From sequence record MN871441.1: a stretch of DNA of 64,000 nt, one strand, 5' to 3'. The notes under the pieces were generated by a model. The model was not told the origin of the DNA and searched no databases. It saw nothing but the letters and a program-made list of their open reading frames with translations. Both the position numbers and the translations under genes were made by a program. Below are positions 57,367 through 64,000 of this stretch, piece by piece (position 1 is the stretch's first letter; every line of letters starts with the position of its first letter).

Positions 57367-58542
57367 TCAACCAAACAAGTCATCCAGTGAAAAGTTCGCA
57401 GGGCTTTCTTGTTTCCACCCAATAGCATCACAGATATTACCAAGTGGCTTTTGGAAGTGTTTACAATACATACCAACGAAATCAATATCCTTTTCTGGGT
57501 TAATTCCGAATTCGTCGGGGATCTTATCACCGGAGGGCCAAGCAATAGTTTCGATATGATATTTATTCGGAACCTTCAACATTGCATACTGAATTTTTTC
57601 ACCAGAACGGATTGGGTCAACGTAGGATACCGATTTCAACTGATCACAAATCTTGTTGTAGTTAATAGCTGCTTTAACGTGACCGGGACAACCAGATTTA
57701 TGATTGAAAAATTCGTCTGAGTTCTTTTCAATATTATTTGCGCTACTTACTTGCGCAATCTTGCGATAGTCCTGTTTTGGATATTCACCCTTTACCTTGT
57801 CAACGTGAGCATGGAGATTCGTTTCATTCTCAGTCAAAATGATGTCAATCGCTTTTTCAAGGCATTCTGACGCAAAAGGTGGTGTACTGCTACGGCGGGT
57901 CTCGATACCCATAATCTTGAGCTTTGGAACTACATTACCATGAGAGTCTAGCTTTCTCTTACCTTCGTTATCCCACACAGATAGAGCATATCGTTTCTTA
58001 GCGGTCCAGAACCCACGAGTTGCGATCACTTCACGGTCCATGAACAATTTATGGTCGAAATAGTTCATGTAATCTTTCAGTTCGCGATAACATTCATCGA
58101 TATATGGTTCAACCATATTCTTTGCGAACTTATCAAGCATATCAACCCATTTAATAGGTTCGACATCCTCAATCTTAACGCCTTTCTTGTCTGCCATCAT
58201 TTTAACGAAGTTTTCAACACAAACATATTGAGAGTCGGTATCACAATAGATAACGTAATCTACGTCTTCTGTGTTACACAGCTTATTGAAATACTCGTTC
58301 GTTTTTCTGGCAATCCATTTAATGGATAACTGACCACCCATCGTAATTGATTCTGCCATTCGTAGATCATAATAACGACCCACAGGATGACCCAAAGACC
58401 CATAAAGAGAGTTGATCAATACCTTTTTTGCTTGTTGGGTTACGTTACATACTTTCTCATATTTCCGACAGTCAGAGATGAGCTTTTTCAGCTCATCGTC
58501 TGTCATATTTTCCAATTGTTCATCGGTATAATCTAGATTCAT
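57367..58542 (-). CDS. 43: DNA polymerase C-terminal subunit (gp43B)
   Basis: KKVLINSLYG, YCDTDS, KKRYAL, KIMGIET. Confidence 0.95.
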   Translation of the reverse strand: MNLDYTDEQLENMTDDELKKLISDCRKYEKVCNVTQQAKKVLINSLYGSLGHPVGRYYDLRMAESITMGGQLSIKWIARKTNEYFNKLCNTEDVDYVIYCDTDSQYVCVENFVKMMADKKGVKIEDVEPIKWVDMLDKFAKNMVEPYIDECYRELKDYMNYFDHKLFMDREVIATRGFWTAKKRYALSVWDNEGKRKLDSHGNVVPKLKIMGIETRRSSTPPFASECLEKAIDIILTENETNLHAHVDKVKGEYPKQDYRKIAQVSSANNIEKNSDEFFNHKSGCPGHVKAAINYNKICDQLKSVSYVDPIRSGEKIQYAMLKVPNKYHIETIAWPSGDKIPDEFGINPEKDIDFVGMYCKHFQKPLGNICDAIGWKQESPANFSLDDLFG

Positions 58543-60063
58543 TTATCATTCCTCTTTGCCAAGATTGCAGCAGCTCTAGTTGCAAGGGCATCAGCTTTAA
58601 ACTCTTCGGTCTTGGCTTGTTTCCGTTGGACAAACACCTTCTCAACTTCAATAGGAAGGAAACCGCGTTTGTCATTTCTATAACGAACACCATTTGGGGC
58701 GACGGAATATTTACCTTCATGAGGAACATCAAACGTCTTGTTAACCAAACCCATACCCTCGATATCAGGAACCATACGGTCTTTAACCAAGATACGAGGG
58801 AAATCAACCTGATCAACCAAAGTCTCGGGAGAGATATTCTTACCCATGATTTCGTGTGGATAAAGGGAAGTCAAGTCAAACGAAATAAGCCACTCATACA
58901 ACCCCGGAATCGGGTCCTTAACATATGCGCCAGCGAACTTAGACCGTTGGGCATGTTTGTTTTCAGGGATAATTACGTTATTGGCAAGGAGGCTGTTATA
59001 AATGATAGCATCCCAAGTTTTCAACGGACTGAATACGTCTGGTGCGTTGATACTCGCATAATAGGATACAGACGCAATCAGGAATATCAAACTCAATGTT
59101 TCTTCCAGTCGTTTGATAATTTCAACGTCTCGAATAGAGTAATCGATATAAGTCTGTGGATCCTTTTCAGCAAACATCAAGTAGGTTTTATAAGTCATTT
59201 CGACTTTATTTGTTTTAAGTTCTGCTTCCGCAATCGTATCTAGTTTATAGTTTGGTCGTGTGGTAAAAGTAAACTTCTTATATGCTGCCATGAAGTCAAC
59301 ACAGTTTACACCTTGGATAGTGTAGGTGGTGTAATCTTCGTCGTTGTCATCCTTTTGGGTGATCTCTGTAGTCTCACCAAATGGACTCAGTTTATGGATA
59401 AATTTTTCACCAAGGACTTTTTTAATACGACCCATGATATAGGGAATATCAAAAAACTCACTATTCCACCCACTAAGATAATGGGGTGTATTCGTACAGA
59501 AAAAGTGCATGAACTTAATCAGGATTTCTTTTTCAGACCCACACAAAACATATTCAACGTCGTCCAGAACCTTCTTATCCAGAATAGATTTACATGCATC
59601 CCATTCACGAATAGTCCAGATATAATATTTTTTTGATTTGGTACTATAGATCTGAATGGTATCTATTTCATACTTCGTTTCTTCTGCTTGTGGGAAAGGT
59701 CCATCAGTTGGGACCTCGATATCCAAAAACATAATATCAAGATATGTATAATCATAATACACATTAGAACCATAAGTATCAGAAATATATTGGAATGTGT
59801 AATTATCCATACCCAATACGTCTTTTCCCCATAGACTGCATATCTTTAAACCATTTCCTAGCTTCGCTAACAGAATCTAGTTTCTTAGGCAAACAACGCT
59901 TACCGAAAATATCCCGATATGGAGTATCAATATGGTCACCAACATGACGATACATAGTTGGTTCATATCTAACCTTTCGGATCTTATCATTACCGTTATC
60001 ATCGAAATATCGGTCGTAAATGGTATTTCCATCTAGCCAAACACTTGTATAAAAATTCATCAC
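58539..60063 (-). CDS. 43: DNA polymerase N-terminal subunit (gp43A); 1-nt shift near 59826 joins 59803..60063 to 58539..59816
   Basis: LDIEV, SGWNSEFFDIPY, YSIRDV, SFDLTSLYP. Confidence 0.93.
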
Positions 60064-60082
60064 ATAATCCTCTTATAGATAC

Positions 60083-60102
60083 GGGGATCTTATCAGATCC
60101 CC
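60083..60102 (-). promoter_or_regulatory. hairpin upstream of the gp43 RBS (terminator or gp43 translational operator)
   Basis: GGGGATCT-GATA-AGATCCCC about 10 nt before GAGG RBS. Confidence 0.5.
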
Positions 60103-60111
60103 ATAGATGGT

Positions 60112-60474
60112 TTAACTTTTCTTGAAAATATACTTACTTTTTAAGGTCCAATCTGGTTTATCTTTATGTTGGATAATGTGAAATTCATAAACTTTTGGTG
60201 GATTGATTAGGTCTATGATAGAGCACAAACCCCAATCTTCTAAAAGAGATGTAATGTCGTCACGACGGTCAATGTCCTCTTGTGAGATCACAACATCAAG
60301 CCCATCCCGACGCAATAGCTCTTTGAAGTGAGCAATATAATAGAAACCATGTTTTCTAACAATGTGACAACTTTGCCACAACTTTTTTTGTTCTCGGTTT
60401 GCAATACCGATGCGGGTTAAGGTTTCTTGAATTGAAAGGAAGTCTGTTGCTTCCTGAATACCGATACGAATCAT
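60112..60474 (-). CDS. regA: translational repressor
   Basis: FLSIQETLTRIGIAN..LWQSCHI..YYIAHFKELL. Confidence 0.95.
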   Translation of the reverse strand: MIRIGIQEATDFLSIQETLTRIGIANREQKKLWQSCHIVRKHGFYYIAHFKELLRRDGLDVVISQEDIDRRDDITSLLEDWGLCSIIDLINPPKVYEFHIIQHKDKPDWTLKSKYIFKKS

Positions 60475-60478
60475 ATTT

Positions 60479-61057
60479 TTACCATTTCTTGACCACGCCA
60501 TATAGGCGGGTTCTTTCTGTTTTATTTGGTGCAAACTTCAAAAAATCACAATCGGGTGAAGTAACAATACCCTTGTAAAGCTTCTTAATCGCTCTCAGTT
60601 GCGTTTCATCATGAAGTTCGATGAAGTCTTTAGCCTTGGAATCGGATACGCTGTAGTGACGAGCTAGGAGCTTCACGATAAGGATATAATCCCAGTCGTT
60701 ACTAGCTTTAGCAGCCTTCATAAAAGGTAGCTGACATTTAACTACGGTGTGATACAGATAATCATAATGCATTTGATCCGTGATGCAGCCAGCCCACTGG
60801 TTAAGCTCGGAAGCATAACCAACCATATGTGCGTGTTGGGATATCATCATGTTTATCATGTACTGGTCGTAATCTGCAAATTCCCTGACATTTTTGTAAC
60901 CCGTTTTCTGGGTTACATTTTTAATTATCTCGAATAAGCTTTTGTCTTTATCAACCTTAAACTCGTTACAGAGTTCCTTGACTTTATCCCAATCCTTATT
61001 ATCCCATGCTAAACGGTGTTCATTCGGGGTTTCTAGCCCAAGGAAGTCTAAACTCAT
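60479..61057 (-). CDS. 62: clamp loader small subunit
   Basis: YDQYMIN..SQH..MHYDYL; synteny. Confidence 0.85.
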   Translation of the reverse strand: MSLDFLGLETPNEHRLAWDNKDWDKVKELCNEFKVDKDKSLFEIIKNVTQKTGYKNVREFADYDQYMINMMISQHAHMVGYASELNQWAGCITDQMHYDYLYHTVVKCQLPFMKAAKASNDWDYILIVKLLARHYSVSDSKAKDFIELHDETQLRAIKKLYKGIVTSPDCDFLKFAPNKTERTRLYGVVKKW

Positions 61058-61736
61058 TTCCAGTTAACCTCACACGCCATATCAGACAACATATCCATAA
61101 GATGAATTTCCATATTTGGTACAGTGCTTGCGAATTTCTGGAATTCAGCAAGAATCTTAATCATCATACGATAAGATTGTCCGGTAACTTGGGTAGTTGC
61201 CCGCTCATAAAATGCGTTTACAAAGTTCACATAGTCACTAGAGAAGTTAGGAACCAGTTGACGGATTTCTTGAACTTTCTTGGCTTTAATAAGCTCGAAA
61301 AGTTTTTCCATTTCCTTTGTAGAACGATTTACGGAAGTCAGTACACCTTCGTCAATATAACCACATGCAGCATATTTGTTCATCTCTGTAATAGTGGTTC
61401 GGAAGTTTGGGAAATTCTTTTTAACCAAAGCAGCAATAGAATTTTTATCCCGAATTTCGATTCCTTCTTCTTTACAGATTGCAAAAAAAAAAAACTACGA
61501 AGAGGATCAATAATCTTTTCGATATTGTTACAAGTCATAATAATGGTACAGTTACCACCATATGCTTCCATCCAACTACGAAGCTCTTTTTGTACTGCTG
61601 ACATATCATCGTTATCACCAAGCTTAATCAGACCATTAAAACGCTCAATATCGTGACGGGGAAGAATACATTCTGCGATGGATTGGGGACGAAATTTCAT
61701 TTCCATCATGTGATGGGAATTATCAACTGACAACAT
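61054..61736 (-). CDS. 44: clamp loader large subunit (internally deleted in this assembly)
   Basis: FRPQSIAECILP, IIMTCNN..IIDPLRS, NFPNFR, PNMEIHL. Confidence 0.88.
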
Positions 61737-61747
61737 ATCAAAAACCT

Positions 61748-62383
61748 CTAATGTGCTGCACCACGGATACATTTTACTGAGGTATCACCGGTAAGATAAG
61801 AAAGGTGTTTCATATCAAAACGAAGATCGAAATCACCAGCGTATTCAGTTTCACCGATAACCACATCAAACTGGTTGCTTTCCTGCTCGGATACACCACC
61901 GGATTTATCGACATAAAACAAGCGAGCTACGATTTTACCATCTTCTTTGATGAATTTCAACATATTCAGTTTAAGAGTATTACCCATTGCTTGAAGACGG
62001 GAAATATCATCAGCTTTCAGATCAAACTCAATTTGAGCCGCTGGGAATACAATAGGCTTTTTCGGGTAAACAATCAGACTTTCTTGACTCATAATCAGAG
62101 TTGCTTTAGCCCCGGATTCATGTTTGAGATTCAATTTCAGATCATCATCTTTGTTATCGACGGTCATTTCCATTTCACCCTTGAAGTTATTAATAACACC
62201 AAGGAGTTGATCCATCGCATAGAGACAGATTTTGTGTTCAAATGTATCTTCTACGGTTGCTTCTGCGTAGATATTACCATCGGCGGTNCGGGTGTTGATA
62301 TAATTACCCGGNTGGATCAGGATNGATGGNTTGATAGAAGAAAACAATTTCAGNATTTCGATAGTNGACTTATTAATTTTCAT
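61748..62383 (-). CDS. 45: sliding clamp
   Basis: MKI.K.TIE.LK.FSSI.P.ILI..G..I.T; synteny. Confidence 0.85.
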   Translation of the reverse strand: MKINKXTIEXLKLFSSIXPXILIXPGNYINTXTADGNIYAEATVEDTFEHKICLYAMDQLLGVINNFKGEMEMTVDNKDDDLKLNLKHESGAKATLIMSQESLIVYPKKPIVFPAAQIEFDLKADDISRLQAMGNTLKLNMLKFIKEDGKIVARLFYVDKSGGVSEQESNQFDVVIGETEYAGDFDLRFDMKHLSYLTGDTSVKCIRGAAH

Positions 62384-62406
62384 TGAGACATTACCTTTTA
62401 ATCAGA

Positions 62407-64000
62407 TTAGTATAGNGANGTNAAGCTATCNTCACGGTTTTCTACTCGGTGGGAAATAATAAAGGTNTTTCCTCCAATCTCATTNAGAAGACGGTTAACC
62501 GCATATACACCTTCGGAGTCCATACCACCATCGAAGATTTCATCAAGAATCAACATGGAGATATTTGTNCCAGAAACNAACGACGCGATATATCTCCAAG
62601 TAAACAGAAGNGCGATATTGATACGNGCTTTTTCACCTTGTGAGAATGACATATAAGTAAACTCATCACGACCACGAGATTTGATAGTTTCCTCGAAAGA
62701 TTCATTCAGAGAGAAAACATAATCAGCACCAGTAATACCAAGGTATTCGTTAATCTTTGAGTTAAACAGAGGGATATATTTCTTAACGATGTCGCCCTTG
62801 ATGGCATCATCTTTAAGCATGTCCTTAAGTATACCACAACTAAACTTCTGATTGAAAAGTTCTTCGTTCTCTTTTGCCTTTTCAGATAGGATAGACTGGA
62901 CTTCCGCCATTCTCGGAGATTCGAAAACCTTAGATTTTAGATTGTCAATATTATCCTTGATGAATTTAGCCATCTCGGTATTTTCAGCAATAGATTTTTC
63001 TGTTGCTGCGATGGTAGATTCAATTACCGCACGTTGACGAGCAATATCCTCAACTTTCCGGTTATGTTCAGCCGTCAAATCAGTAATCTTACGGTCTTTA
63101 TCGATGTCAATCCGATCAAGTTGGGATTGTGTAGCACTCAGTTTGGTTTTGAGTTCTATCATCTCATTTGATTTTTGAGTTTCCAAAGAAGAGATCTTTC
63201 GTTTTGTCTCACCGGAAATAGTCTCAAGACGAGTTTTTAGAACACCAATCTTCTCTCGAACACCGCTATTATGTTCTGATACCTTACGTTGTTCCTTCAA
63301 AACCTCATCAGAAATCGACTGGTTGAATTCCTTCTCTTGGTTAGACCACTCGGTTAGAGAAACCGCATACTCTTCTTCTGATGCACGTACAGCAGCTTTA
63401 TCCGCATCAATCAATGCAGTAATCTCAGAGATTTCAGATTCTACCTTTTCTTTTTCAGACTTAGCAGATTCCAGCTCATCGCGGATCGCGTCGACGTGAC
63501 TGTGACCATCAGAAACATCAGTACCACAAGTCGGACAAACTCCGTCAGCGAAGTTTTCAAGCGCCTTTGTTTTCTCTTTGATAATAAAATCAAGTTCGAA
63601 CAAACGACTGGACTTAACGGTTTTACGGTCACCCAGACTAACATCAATCTTGATTCGGTTATCTTCCGGTTTTGGAACCTCAAACGATTGAGATTTCAAA
63701 CCAGAGATTCGGTCGTCAAGGATCTTATCATCAATCAGAGTGGATTCCAACTCTTTGATTTCATTCAAGAAAGATGATTCATCAACAACTTCATTTTTTG
63801 CCTTCTCAATCAGTTCATCATATTTTGACTCAACACAGGAGATCTGATGTTTTGTGTTATCGATAGACAGACGGAGAACGTGACCGGAGTCAAGGTATTC
63901 CTGTTCGATACGTTTAACAATTTCATCAATANCAGACGANTCNGGTTCAACAAGATCAANAAGNGAACCTTTCAGTTTNTCGATTTCACCTTTTGCTGAA
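62407..64000 (-). CDS. 46: recombination endonuclease subunit (SMC/Rad50-like), 5' partial
   Basis: CPTCG Zn hook, long coiled coil, FSQGEK signature, ILDEIFD, FIISH. Confidence 0.92.
   Translation of the reverse strand, partial: SAKGEIXKLKGXLXDLVEXXSSXIDEIVKRIEQEYLDSGHVLRLSIDNTKHQISCVESKYDELIEKAKNEVVDESSFLNEIKELESTLIDDKILDDRISGLKSQSFEVPKPEDNRIKIDVSLGDRKTVKSSRLFELDFIIKEKTKALENFADGVCPTCGTDVSDGHSHVDAIRDELESAKSEKEKVESEISEITALIDADKAAVRASEEEYAVSLTEWSNQEKEFNQSISDEVLKEQRKVSEHNSGVREKIGVLKTRLETISGETKRKISSLETQKSNEMIELKTKLSATQSQLDRIDIDKDRKITDLTAEHNRKVEDIARQRAVIESTIAATEKSIAENTEMAKFIKDNIDNLKSKVFESPRMAEVQSILSEKAKENEELFNQKFSCGILKDMLKDDAIKGDIVKKYIPLFNSKINEYLGITGADYVFSLNESFEETIKSRGRDEFTYMSFSQGEKXRINIXLLFTWRYIASXVSXTNISMLILDEIFDGGMDSEGVYAVNRLXNEIGGXTFIISHRVENRXDSXXXLY

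Noticed and set aside
59803-59835. Programmed frameshift at GGGGAAAA in gp43A
   Set aside because: Removing one A from the homopolymer restores GKDVLGMDNY; a sequencing indel is simpler. Reads would settle it.
61483-61630. Poly-A patch and missing Walker A region in gp44
   Set aside because: A clamp loader cannot work without these parts; assembly deletions, not a pseudogene.
61748-62420. Loss of rpbA/45.2 and shortened gp45/gp46 C-termini as real biology
   Set aside because: Neighbouring essential genes show assembly deletions, so absence cannot be trusted.
1-64000. CRISPR array, tRNA or rRNA genes
   Set aside because: I saw no regularly spaced repeats or cloverleaf signatures, and intergenic gaps are short. 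tRNAscan-SE and a CRISPR finder would be decisive.

Overview
64 kb of an AT-rich T4-like (Straboviridae-type) phage genome. Genes tile the minus strand almost without gaps; the only convincing plus-strand gene is a free-standing homing endonuclease at 15.4 kb. The right third is the T4 replication/recombination core (gp46, 45, 44, 62, regA, split gp43A/B, uvsX, 40, 41, 61, dUTPase, dexA, fused gp39+60, rIIA, rIIB). The left two thirds are accessory: RNA ligase 1, PNK, CCA enzyme, denA, td/frd, cd, gp31, UvsE, and many small ORFs behind sigma70-like early promoters. Most notable: (1) a translationally coupled NADAR / ADP-ribosyltransferase-like / PRS-like (Adps) trio near a Nampt-like (Namat) gene, which together could write, erase and recycle ADP-ribose to NAD+; (2) rIIB carrying an N-terminal acyl-carrier-protein-like domain whose phosphopantetheine Ser is replaced by Asp; (3) a stand-alone, apparently inactive Hint (intein-like) domain upstream of the helicase; (4) a CCA / HD / P-loop / cyclic-phosphate-receiver cluster. 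The sequence looks like a mixed-strain consensus (Ns often at third codon positions, local duplications, poly-A patches, deletions in essential genes), so broken frames are treated as artefacts. All family calls are from motif recognition by eye, not database searches. No tRNA, rRNA or CRISPR array was seen.
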